From contig JBGPGO010000002.1 of assembly GCA_041483895.1 (NCBI GenBank), positions 32,001 through 96,000 of the forward strand: DNA of 64,000 nucleotides. Reading direction: 5' to 3'. Source of the DNA: Fimbriimonadia bacterium (GTDB lineage Bacteria; Armatimonadota; Fimbriimonadia; Fimbriimonadales; JABRVX01). The position numbers were made by a program, and so were the translations under genes. Under the pieces are notes generated by a model that saw only the letters and a list, made by a program, of their open reading frames with translations, did no database searches and was not told where the DNA came from. Below, piece by piece: positions 48,511 to 57,829 of the stretch (position 1 is the stretch's first letter; the number at the start of each line of letters is the position of its first letter).

Positions 48511-49725
48511 ATGGATTTGAACGCTGTCCTGGCGCATCCATTCTGGGGCGCCCTCATCCGCATCATCATCGCGCTCGGCTTCCTTCTCAGCATCGTTCCG
48601 TTCCTAATCTGGTGGGAACGGCGGCTGCTTTCTTGGATGCAGGACCGTATCGGACCCAGTCGGGTCGGACCGTTCGGGCTGCTCCAGACGATTTGCGACG
48701 GCGTGAAGCTGTTCTTTAAAGAAGAGATCCAGCCGCGAGGGGTGGACCGGTTCGTCTGGATGATCGCTCCGGGCATCGCGCTCTTTCCCGCCATGACCGC
48801 CTACGCCACCATCCCCTGGGGGCCGAATCTCCAACTCACCCCGGTCGCAAACGTCAATATCGGCGTGCTGTACGTGCTTGCGATCAGCTCGCTCGGCGTG
48901 TACGGCATCGTGCTTGGGGGATGGGCCTCCAACAACAAGTATTCGCTCCTCGGCGGCCTGCGCTCGTCGGCCCAACTGATCAGCTACGAGCTGGCGATGG
49001 GATTCTCACTCGGCACTGTGATAATCGCCGCCGGTTCGCTGGAGCTGCCGAAGATCGTGGCGTCGCAGCTCGAGCCATTCTGGGGATCGGTGCCGTGGCT
49101 GCACAACTGGTTCATCCTAACGCCGTGGGGTTTCATCGGCGGCATGATCTTCCTGGTCAGCATGGTGGCGGAAACCAACCGCACCCCGTTCGACCTGCCG
49201 GAAGCCGAATCGGAGCTTATCGCGGGGTTTCATACGGAGTACAGCTCCATGAAGTTCGCGGTGTTCTTCATGGGCGAGTACGCGATGATGCTGGTGTTTT
49301 CGGCGCTGTTCACCGTCCTCTTTTTGGGCGGATGGTCGCCGCTGCCCGTCAACCTGACCTATCTCGCCGATCACACTTCGGTCGCTTGGCTTGCCGGACT
49401 TTTGCGATTCTTGGAAAGCTCTTGGATCGCCGGATTCTGGTTCATCGGGAAGCTGGTGGGAGGGATATCGTTTTACATATGGTTGCGTGCCACGTTGCCT
49501 CGTTTGCGCTACGACCAGTTGATGGCGCTGGGCTGGAAAGGGCTGATGCCTCTTGCCATTCTCAACCTCGCGGCGGTCTCCATTTGGATCGCGTTCGGCA
49601 TCGTGCCGGGTCTGATCGCGGCGGTGGCCATTACCGTTCTTTTCCTCCTTGTTACGATGGGGGGCCTCAAGAAATTCGAAGCGCGTTCCGTCACGTTGCT
49701 GGATGAGGCGGTGCCGCTGCGATGA
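48511..49725 (+). CDS. nuoH: NADH-quinone oxidoreductase subunit H
   Basis: QDRIGPSRVGPFG, SNNKYSLLGGLRSSAQLISYE, ETNRTPFDLPEAESEL. Confidence 0.97.
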   Translation: MDLNAVLAHPFWGALIRIIIALGFLLSIVPFLIWWERRLLSWMQDRIGPSRVGPFGLLQTICDGVKLFFKEEIQPRGVDRFVWMIAPGIALFPAMTAYATIPWGPNLQLTPVANVNIGVLYVLAISSLGVYGIVLGGWASNNKYSLLGGLRSSAQLISYELAMGFSLGTVIIAAGSLELPKIVASQLEPFWGSVPWLHNWFILTPWGFIGGMIFLVSMVAETNRTPFDLPEAESELIAGFHTEYSSMKFAVFFMGEYAMMLVFSALFTVLFLGGWSPLPVNLTYLADHTSVAWLAGLLRFLESSWIAGFWFIGKLVGGISFYIWLRATLPRLRYDQLMALGWKGLMPLAILNLAAVSIWIAFGIVPGLIAAVAITVLFLLVTMGGLKKFEARSVTLLDEAVPLR

Positions 49726-50237
49726 CCTCGGACCTGTTCGTTTTCTGGACGCTCGCGGTCATTTCGGTCTTTACGGGTGTCGCGGTCATCGCCACAAAAA
49801 GCGCCATACGGAGCGCGCTGGCATTGGTGGTCAACTTCTTTATTTTGGCGATGTTCTATTTTCTGCTTGGCAGCCAACTGCTGGGCATCGTGCAGATTTT
49901 CGTTTATCTCGGCGCGATTATGGTTTTGTTTCTGTTCTGCATCATGCTGCTGCGCGTGGGCCATGCCGAACAGCTTACGGAAACAGGCGGCCTGAAGTTG
50001 GCCGGCGCGGGTGCGCTATCATTCGCGTTTCTTGCCTTGCTGATGAGCCAGGTGTTGGAGCCGGTTTCGCGGACCGCCAATCTTCCGGATCCCCAATCTG
50101 TCCACGCCGGGGTATCGACGGTGGAGGCGGTTGGGGCCGGGCTGTTTACGCGCTGGGCGTTTCCGTTTGAGGTGACCAGCGTCTTGCTGCTTGTCGGCAT
50201 CGTCGGCTCGATACTGCTGGCGAAGAGGAGGGTGTAG
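49722..50237 (+). CDS. nuoJ: NADH-quinone oxidoreductase subunit J
   Basis: [26 protein letters not shown]. Confidence 0.95.
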   Translation: MTSDLFVFWTLAVISVFTGVAVIATKSAIRSALALVVNFFILAMFYFLLGSQLLGIVQIFVYLGAIMVLFLFCIMLLRVGHAEQLTETGGLKLAGAGALSFAFLALLMSQVLEPVSRTANLPDPQSVHAGVSTVEAVGAGLFTRWAFPFEVTSVLLLVGIVGSILLAKRRV

Positions 50238-50238
50238 C

Positions 50239-50580
50239 ATGGTTCCGCTTTCCGGCTATCTGACGCTGAGCGCGATCCTGTTTACGATCGGTGTGATCGG
50301 CGTGATCATCAAGCGGAACCCGATCGTCGTGTTCATGTGCATCGAGCTGATGCTGAACGCGGTTAATCTCACGTTTTTGGCGTTCGCGCGCTACCATCCC
50401 GCGCCGCTCGCCCATGATTTGGCAGGCCGCACGGAAGTCTATCTGGCGGGGCAGATGTATGTGGTGTTCGTGATGGCGGTGGCGGCGGCGGAAGTTGCGG
50501 TCGGACTCGGAATCATCATGGCAATCTTTCGCCTTCGCAAGAAGGTGGATGTAGACGATATGAATATACTGAGAGGATAG
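50239..50580 (+). CDS. nuoK: NADH-quinone oxidoreductase subunit K
   Basis: [22 protein letters not shown]. Confidence 0.96.
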   Translation: MVPLSGYLTLSAILFTIGVIGVIIKRNPIVVFMCIELMLNAVNLTFLAFARYHPAPLAHDLAGRTEVYLAGQMYVVFVMAVAAAEVAVGLGIIMAIFRLRKKVDVDDMNILRG

Positions 50581-50584
50581 GCGT

Positions 50585-52624
50585 TTGGACCCATTGCAAC
50601 TCGTCTGGCTGGTACCCGGTCTCCCGCTGATCGGCTTCCTGTTCCAGGCGTTCTTTGGAAAAGCGATTGTCGCGAAATTGGGTGATGCGGCGGGGAAGAA
50701 AGTTCTCGGCTTCGCCGCCGTGCTGCCTGTCTTCGCGGGTTTTGCCATCACACTGATACTATGGGCAAACCTTCCAACCAATACAGAGACGCGCGCGGTA
50801 GTGGCAACGCTATTCGACTGGCTCAGCATCAATGACATTCATCCGCTGAAAGTTCCGTTCGAATTCCTGATCGATCCCTTATCGATTGTCATGTGTATGA
50901 TCGTCACCGGGGTCGGCGGACTCATACACTTATATGCTACCGGATACATGGCGGACGACAAGGACTACCCGCGCTTTTTCACCTACTTCAATCTGTTCAT
51001 CGTTTTCATGCTCACGTTGGTGCTGGCGAATAATCTGGTACTGATGTTTGTTGGGTGGGAAGGCGTGGGTCTCTGCTCCTATCTGCTCATCGGTTTTTGG
51101 TACAAAAATGTCGCAAACGCGAAGGCCGCAAACAAGGCGTTTATCGTCAATCGAATCGGCGATTGGGGTTTCATGCTCGGCATCTTCCTCGTGTTCGCCG
51201 TGTTCAATTCCGTCTCGTTCTATCCGTCCGGACATAACCTAGATCGATCGATTTTGATGGAAGCGGCGGATCGGCTGACCAACAATCCGGGCCTTCCGAT
51301 GGTAGCCAACCCCGCGCTCTGGATTCCATTATTGCTCTTCGTCGGCGCGATGGGAAAATCCGCGCAAGGGCCGCTCTATCTGTGGCTCCCGGACGCGATG
51401 GCAGGTCCGACACCCGTTTCCGCGCTGATCCACGCGGCCACTATGGTGACAGCCGGTGTGTTCATGGTCTGCCGCCTGCATATATTCTTCGAATTGTCAC
51501 AGATCGCAATGCTGGTGGTGGCCTGCGTGGGTGCGTTTACGGCATTCTTTGCTGCAACCATCGCATTTGGGCAATTCGATATTAAGAGAGTCTTGGCATA
51601 CTCGACCGTCAGTCAGTTGGGTTATATGTTCTTGGCATGCGGCGTGGGGGCGTTCGGGTCTGGCATGTTCCATGTGGTGACGCATTCGTTCTTCAAGGCG
51701 CTTCTTTTCCTTGGATCTGGCGCGGTGATACTGGCAATGTCGCACGAGCAGGATATGCGAAAGTATGGCAACCTCTCGAAGTATCTGCCGATCACATATA
51801 GGACGATGTTTTGGGGCTGGCTGGCGATTGCGGGAATACCACCGCTTGCGGGTTTCTGGTCGAAGGATGAGATATTGTCACATACTTACGCATCAGGATT
51901 CCTGCATGGTCAAGGGATGGCGGTTTTCTTATATTCTGTCGGTTTGATCACCGCGGTGATGACCGCGGGGTATATGACACGCATGATGAAGATGACATTC
52001 TTGCAGACAGATGAGCGATGGCGGAAGTTACCCGAACCGCATCATCATGAACTGGGCCCGCAACACGAGCCGCACGAGGTTGGTCGGGCGATGACCACGC
52101 CGCTCATCATCTTGGCCCTGCTCTCCATCGTTGGCGGCGCGGCGCTTGCAATCGGTCCGCACCTGTTCGAGACATTTACGCATCCGTCCATCGGTCTAAG
52201 CCTCATGAAACCGACTGAGCTGCCCGGCGGTACAGAAGCCCTGTTGATCGGACTATCGATCGCCGGCGCGGTGATTGGGCTTGTGCTCGCCCTGCGCAAT
52301 TACAAAACTCAGCCTGCGGATCAGGGGCTTGGCGTTCCCGTTCGGGGATGGCGCGCGCTGGCGGAAAAGCAGTGGGGATATGACGGCGCGATGTATCGGA
52401 CTTTCGTCACCGGCGGCGGCAATTTTGCCACTTTGGTATGGCGCTGGATCGACGCGGGGATCATAGATAAGGTGCTGGTTAATGGTATTGCTAAGCTGAT
52501 AGAAACCGTTGGTGTTTTGCTCCGGCCGTTCCAATCCGGTTTCGTGCGGGGATATGCGTTTACGATGTTGATCGGCGTCGTTGCTATCATCGGTTGGGTG
52601 TTCTTAAAGGCGGTGGTGAGATAG
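50585..52624 (+). CDS. nuoL: NADH-quinone oxidoreductase subunit L
   Basis: GWEGVGLCSYLLIGFW, WLPDAMAGPTPVSALIHAATMV. Confidence 0.97.
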   Translation: MDPLQLVWLVPGLPLIGFLFQAFFGKAIVAKLGDAAGKKVLGFAAVLPVFAGFAITLILWANLPTNTETRAVVATLFDWLSINDIHPLKVPFEFLIDPLSIVMCMIVTGVGGLIHLYATGYMADDKDYPRFFTYFNLFIVFMLTLVLANNLVLMFVGWEGVGLCSYLLIGFWYKNVANAKAANKAFIVNRIGDWGFMLGIFLVFAVFNSVSFYPSGHNLDRSILMEAADRLTNNPGLPMVANPALWIPLLLFVGAMGKSAQGPLYLWLPDAMAGPTPVSALIHAATMVTAGVFMVCRLHIFFELSQIAMLVVACVGAFTAFFAATIAFGQFDIKRVLAYSTVSQLGYMFLACGVGAFGSGMFHVVTHSFFKALLFLGSGAVILAMSHEQDMRKYGNLSKYLPITYRTMFWGWLAIAGIPPLAGFWSKDEILSHTYASGFLHGQGMAVFLYSVGLITAVMTAGYMTRMMKMTFLQTDERWRKLPEPHHHELGPQHEPHEVGRAMTTPLIILALLSIVGGAALAIGPHLFETFTHPSIGLSLMKPTELPGGTEALLIGLSIAGAVIGLVLALRNYKTQPADQGLGVPVRGWRALAEKQWGYDGAMYRTFVTGGGNFATLVWRWIDAGIIDKVLVNGIAKLIETVGVLLRPFQSGFVRGYAFTMLIGVVAIIGWVFLKAVVR

Positions 52625-52625
52625 C

Positions 52626-54272
52626 ATGGACATTACCCAGATGCCAATCCTGACCATCCTGATCTTCCTGCCCGTCGCGTTCGCCGTGATCCTAGCGGTT
52701 GTGCCTAAAAGCATGCTGCCCGCCATTCGCGGCCTCGCCCTCGCCGCATGCATCCTCGATTTCATTGCCTGCATCCCTCTCTATTTCCAGTTCGACGCCA
52801 CGCGATTTCAGTTCCAATTCGTAGAGCACCACGCTTGGATGCAGAATCTCGGTATCTCCTATCACTTAGGCATAGACGGCCTCAGTCTATTCCTCGTTCA
52901 ATTGACATGTTTCCTCGGCATCCTTAGCGTATGGTTCTCCTACTATGTTAAGGACCGCGTGAAGGAATACATGATATTCATGCTGCTGTTGCAGGCAGGC
53001 ATGATAGGTGTTTTCTGCGCGCTGGATTTAGTTCTCTTCTATATATTCTGGGAAGCGATGCTGATCCCGATGTACTTCCTCATCGGGATTTGGGGTGGCG
53101 ACAATCGAAGATATGCGGCGATCAAGTTCTTCCTATACACGTTCGCCGGTTCCATCTTCATGCTGCTGGCCGTCATTGGCCTCTATGTTAGCTACCAGCA
53201 GGTGACGGGACAGGCCAGTTTCGACCTCGTTTCCATGCAAAAGCTGGCCGCAAACGGGGAGCTGATACGCGATACGGGGCTCCAATTCTGGCTATTTCTC
53301 GCGTTCGCGGTGGCGTTCGCGATCAAGGTTCCGATGTTCCCGTTCCACACATGGCTGCCGGACGCGCACGTGGAAGCCCCGACAGCCGGCTCCGTAATCC
53401 TGGCGGGCGTTCTGCTGAAGATGGGAACCTATGGCTTTTTCCGCTTCTGCATGCCGCTATTCCCGGATATGGCGATGAGGTTCGTGCCGATTATCATTGT
53501 CATGTCCGTGATCGCTATCATCTATGGCGCGATCGTTGCGGCTGTGCAGACGGATGTGAAGAAACTGGTGGCATATTCTTCCGTCAGCCACCTCGGATTC
53601 TGCACGCTCGGCCTATTCTCGCTCAACGCGATTGGCATGACCGGCGCGATGTTGCAGCAGATCAACCACGGCCTCAGCACCGGCGCGCTGTTCCTTCTCG
53701 TCGGCATGATTTATGAGCGCCGACATACCCGAATGTTTAGCGATTTTGGCGGACTGAAAGCGAAGATGCCGGTATATGCGGCGATGTTCCTGATCGTTAT
53801 GCTCTCCAGCGTCGGCCTGCCCAGCCTGAACGGGTTTATCGGCGAGTTCTATGTACTGCTTGGCACTTACCAAACGGCGGTGCGCGGACTCTATGGTACA
53901 TCGCTGTGGATGATAGTGGTAGCGGCGGGCGGCGTGGTGCTTGCGGCGGTATACCTGCTATGGATGTTCCAGAAGATGTTCTATGGTCCGGTGACGAATC
54001 CGAAGAATGAAGAGCTGAAAGATATCAAGATGTTCGAGAAGGTGATACTCGCCGCCATCATCGTTTTCATTTTCTGGATCGGGCTGTATCCTGGCACGTT
54101 CACGGACAAGATGATGGTGTCGGTGCATGCGCTGCGGCTGCAAGTTACAGAGTCGCCGCATTTCCGGCCGGTGTGGGACGATCCAAGCCAAGTGGTTCAG
54201 CCGAACGGAGACATGGAGATGGGTGGCGGGGAGATCAAAACCGCACAGAGTCAGCCAGTGGATAGAGAATGA
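52626..54272 (+). CDS. nuoM: NADH-quinone oxidoreductase subunit M
   Basis: FWEAMLIPMY, IKVPMFPFHTWLPDAHVEAP. Confidence 0.97.
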   Translation: MDITQMPILTILIFLPVAFAVILAVVPKSMLPAIRGLALAACILDFIACIPLYFQFDATRFQFQFVEHHAWMQNLGISYHLGIDGLSLFLVQLTCFLGILSVWFSYYVKDRVKEYMIFMLLLQAGMIGVFCALDLVLFYIFWEAMLIPMYFLIGIWGGDNRRYAAIKFFLYTFAGSIFMLLAVIGLYVSYQQVTGQASFDLVSMQKLAANGELIRDTGLQFWLFLAFAVAFAIKVPMFPFHTWLPDAHVEAPTAGSVILAGVLLKMGTYGFFRFCMPLFPDMAMRFVPIIIVMSVIAIIYGAIVAAVQTDVKKLVAYSSVSHLGFCTLGLFSLNAIGMTGAMLQQINHGLSTGALFLLVGMIYERRHTRMFSDFGGLKAKMPVYAAMFLIVMLSSVGLPSLNGFIGEFYVLLGTYQTAVRGLYGTSLWMIVVAAGGVVLAAVYLLWMFQKMFYGPVTNPKNEELKDIKMFEKVILAAIIVFIFWIGLYPGTFTDKMMVSVHALRLQVTESPHFRPVWDDPSQVVQPNGDMEMGGGEIKTAQSQPVDRE

Positions 54273-54405
54273 AGCTGTCTTTCAACTTCGAGCATGTATG
54301 CCGCGACTCGGTCGGGAGACCGGTCGCATCGAGGGCTGGCGTGGGGGCAAATGGGTCCGGCGGGAGATTGCAGACGACGCCAGAAAAAAGGGGAGGGGAT
54401 CAGAG

Positions 54406-55314
54406 ATGACACCGCGCGAAAGAGTAACCACAGTCCTAAAGGGAGGCATGCCGGATCGAACGCCGTTCTGTTTCTGGTACCACTTCCACCTGAAACCGCC
54501 CACCGGACCCGGCATGGCGAAGGCGGAGCTAGACTTTTTCCACGCCTACCGCCCCGATATCTGGAAAGTGATGCACGATATCGACTATGAAGACAGCGAA
54601 ATCGTAAACACCATCGACGACTGGGCCAAGCTCCGAAGCATGGACGGCCACACCGGCAACTTCGGCAAGCAGGCGGAGACGATCAAACTGATCGTCGATC
54701 AACAAGACGAGGACGTGCATGTGATCAACACAGTCTTCAACACCTATCGCTATGCCAACAAATGCTGCGGCGAAGAACTATTGGATCACCTGCGCAAAGA
54801 CCCGACAAAGGTGCAAAAAGGTCTCGAAGCAATCACCGACTCTCTCGTCTCCTTCGTCGAGGCGCTCAAAGATGTCGGGGCCGACGGAATCTATTTCGCC
54901 CTCCACGGCGCATCCACAGACATGGCCACGCCCATGGAGTATTCCGGCCATTTTCTAGAACACGATCTGCGCGTGCTCGAAGCCGCAAAGGGGTGCCCGC
55001 TCGTCATCCTCCATCCACACAGCTACGAGACCCTCTATTTCGATATGGTAAAGGACCTGCCCGCGCACGTGCTTTGCTGGAGTGATCGCGCCGCCGGTCC
55101 CAGCCTCAGAGAAATAAGAGAGACACACAAGGGCTGTCTGATGGGCGGCATTGACGAGACAAAAATCGCCGAGCGTACGCCGGACCAGATTAAAGCGGAA
55201 GGGCGAGGGGCCATCGAGCAGATGCGCGGAACGCCGTTCATATTGGCGCCCGGATGCAGCGTGCCGGACGCCTGCCCGCCCCATCTTTGCAAAGCAATCA
55301 GGCCGGAGATCTAG
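54406..55314 (+). CDS. Uroporphyrinogen decarboxylase (URO-D/MtaA-like) family protein
   Basis: MTPRERV...PDRTP, GADGIY, LMGGID, FILAPGCSVP. Confidence 0.85.
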   Translation: MTPRERVTTVLKGGMPDRTPFCFWYHFHLKPPTGPGMAKAELDFFHAYRPDIWKVMHDIDYEDSEIVNTIDDWAKLRSMDGHTGNFGKQAETIKLIVDQQDEDVHVINTVFNTYRYANKCCGEELLDHLRKDPTKVQKGLEAITDSLVSFVEALKDVGADGIYFALHGASTDMATPMEYSGHFLEHDLRVLEAAKGCPLVILHPHSYETLYFDMVKDLPAHVLCWSDRAAGPSLREIRETHKGCLMGGIDETKIAERTPDQIKAEGRGAIEQMRGTPFILAPGCSVPDACPPHLCKAIRPEI

Positions 55315-55317
55315 CCG

Positions 55318-56769
55318 ATGGATTTGATGAAGCTGTTCCCGCCGCCGACGATCGAATGGGCCGTGCTGATGCCGTTTCTCACGGTAGTCGCGACGGGCCT
55401 GATCGTCATGCTGTGGGACCTGTTCGTTCCGCTCAAAACCGCAACCGTCCGCGTACTATTATCATTGATCGGTCTCGGCATCGCCATCTTCTTCGTCACG
55501 AAACTGTGGAACGCGCAACCGACCAACACCTTCTACAATTCCATCCTTTCCGACCGCCTATCCGTCGCCACAAACATCGTGCTGCTCGCCGCCACGGCCC
55601 TCGTCATCCTGTTCGCCGACGGCTATCTGCGCGAGAGAAAATCGAATTATCCGGAGTTCTACCCCCTCATCCTATGGGCCACCGCCGGGGCAATGTTGAT
55701 GATTTCGACCACAGACTTGATCATCATCTTCCTCGGCTTGGAAACGCTCTCCATCGCCCTCTACGTTCTCGCCGGTCTCTGCCGAGAGGACAGAAGGTCG
55801 GAAGAGGCGGCCATCAAGTATTTCCTGCTCGGTGCGTTTGCATCCGGCTTCCTGCTCTACGGCATCGCCCTAATATACGGCGCGACCGGCAGCAGCTCCA
55901 TCGCCGACATCCCAGTCGCGTGGCAGGTCGCCGGACAGAACGCCCAGACCATGCTGATCGCTGGTACCTGCCTGCTGCTCGTCGGCCTCGGTTTCAAAGC
56001 CGCCCTCGTCCCCTTCCACATGTGGACGCCGGACGTCTACCAGGGCGCGCCCACCGCAGTCACCGCATACATGGCCGCCATCTCCAAAACCGCCGCCTTC
56101 GTCACGCTCATAAGATTTCTGGCCGCCGCCGCCCCCATGCACGAGGTCTGGCAGCCCATCCTCACAGTTCTCGCCGTCCTCACCATGACGGTCGGCAACC
56201 TGCTGGCCCTCACCCAGACCGATGTCAAGCGCATGCTCGGCTATTCCAGCATCGCGCACGCGGGCTATCTGCTGGTCGGCGTGCTGGCGGGCGATGTCAA
56301 CGCGGTCATCTACTATCTCATCGCCTACAGCCTTATGACGGTTGGGGCCTTCGCCATCGTCGGCCTTTCCGCAAAGGGCGGGCAGGAGGGCAGCAGCTAC
56401 GCCGACATGCGCGGCCTGTGGAAGCGCGCCCCGTTCGCCGCCACCATGATGCTGGTATTCATGATCTCCCTCGCCGGCATCCCGCCCACCGCCGGCTTCT
56501 TCGGAAAGTATTTCCTCATCCTCGCCGCGTGGCAACACAATCTCATCCCGCTGGCCATCGTGCTGGCCGTCAACAGCGTGATCAGCGTATACTATTATCT
56601 GCGGCTGACGGTCGCGATGTACGTGGACGAGGAGCTGGTCGAGCGCGAGAAGCCGACGCTGTCGCCGGGACTCATCATCGCGACGCTGGCCTGCGCGGTC
56701 GGCATCCTGTACGTTGGGCTGAATGCCGGCAACATCCAACAACTTTTCGCAATTCCTGTGGGAGGATAG
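55318..56769 (+). CDS. nuoN: NADH-quinone oxidoreductase subunit N
   Basis: EAAIKYFLLG, PFHMWTPDVYQGAPT, KRMLGYSSIAHAGY. Confidence 0.97.
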   Translation: MDLMKLFPPPTIEWAVLMPFLTVVATGLIVMLWDLFVPLKTATVRVLLSLIGLGIAIFFVTKLWNAQPTNTFYNSILSDRLSVATNIVLLAATALVILFADGYLRERKSNYPEFYPLILWATAGAMLMISTTDLIIIFLGLETLSIALYVLAGLCREDRRSEEAAIKYFLLGAFASGFLLYGIALIYGATGSSSIADIPVAWQVAGQNAQTMLIAGTCLLLVGLGFKAALVPFHMWTPDVYQGAPTAVTAYMAAISKTAAFVTLIRFLAAAAPMHEVWQPILTVLAVLTMTVGNLLALTQTDVKRMLGYSSIAHAGYLLVGVLAGDVNAVIYYLIAYSLMTVGAFAIVGLSAKGGQEGSSYADMRGLWKRAPFAATMMLVFMISLAGIPPTAGFFGKYFLILAAWQHNLIPLAIVLAVNSVISVYYYLRLTVAMYVDEELVEREKPTLSPGLIIATLACAVGILYVGLNAGNIQQLFAIPVGG

Positions 56770-56780
56770 AATCGACAAAT

Positions 56781-56835
56781 CCCCTCCCCCTTGTTCAGGC
56801 CCTCGCCTGAAAAAGGGGGAGGGTCAGGGTGGGGG
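56781..56835. repeat. REP-like/terminator hairpin (CCCTCCCCCTT...AAGGGGGAGGG) family
   Basis: Nested inverted repeat after nuoN; related degenerate element near 60575-60612. Confidence 0.55.
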
Positions 56836-56856
56836 TTCTTTATCCGTGGAGGTTTT

Positions 56857-57708
56857 ATGAAGTTAGGGATTTCCATGTGGAGCTACGTCCAGGCGTTCAA
56901 GGCCGGGCGGATCGATATCGTCGGGTTCATCGCGGAGTGCAAGCGGCTGGATGTGGACGGGGTGGAGCTGCTGGATCACTTCTGGCGCGATGCGGGGTCG
57001 GAAGTCCCGGCGGCGATCGCGAAGCTGGACGAGGTGGGCCTGCCCTGCTGCGTCTATGCCATCGGGAACAACTTTGTGGACCCTTCCGAATCGGAGCGCG
57101 CTGCTCAAGTGGCCACGGTGAAGGACCAACTGATGGTCGCTCGTCGCTTGCATGCCCCCGTCGTACGCGTCTTCGCCGGGGATGTGCAAGAAGGCGTGGA
57201 TTTCGATGCGGCGCTGGATTGGATCGTTTTGGGGCTGTCCGAGTGCGCGACGGCCGCGCACGATCTGGGTCTGCGGCTGGCGCTGGAAAATCATGGCAAG
57301 CTGGCGGGGCGCAGCGACCAGGTGATCACGATTATCGAGCGCGTGCGGTCGGCGACGGGGAACGATGCGCTGGGGGCCAACCCGGACACGGGCAACTTTC
57401 TGCTGGTGGGGCAAGATAGCGGTGCCGCCCTCCACGCTCTCGCTCCGTATGCCTACATGGTGCATTTCAAGGATTTCAAGGTCCTGCCGGACGACTATCC
57501 CGGCCACGCCTATACGTCTTTGGACGGCCACAAATTCGGCGGCACGGCCATCGGGGAAGGGGACGTCAACCTCTCCGCCTGCATCACCGCCCTCGCTTCT
57601 TCCGGGTTCGATGGATTTCTGAATATCGAGTACGAAGCCGAAGAAGACCCCTTCTCCGGCGTCACCCGATCCGTCACCACCGCCCGGCGGCTTGTGCCAA
57701 AGTTGTAA
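56857..57708 (+). CDS. Sugar phosphate isomerase/epimerase (AP endonuclease 2 TIM-barrel)
   Basis: LALENHG, NPDTGNF, VHFKD, LNIEYE. Confidence 0.9.
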   Translation: MKLGISMWSYVQAFKAGRIDIVGFIAECKRLDVDGVELLDHFWRDAGSEVPAAIAKLDEVGLPCCVYAIGNNFVDPSESERAAQVATVKDQLMVARRLHAPVVRVFAGDVQEGVDFDAALDWIVLGLSECATAAHDLGLRLALENHGKLAGRSDQVITIIERVRSATGNDALGANPDTGNFLLVGQDSGAALHALAPYAYMVHFKDFKVLPDDYPGHAYTSLDGHKFGGTAIGEGDVNLSACITALASSGFDGFLNIEYEAEEDPFSGVTRSVTTARRLVPKL

Positions 57709-57829
57709 TTCGGGCGAGAAACTTCACAAATTTGGGTCAAATGCGGATTCCGTGTGAATGAAATCGGCTTGATCATGCGTCTTCTATGATGGTGGAAATG
57801 CCACCGGACGTTCGAATCGAGGTGATATT

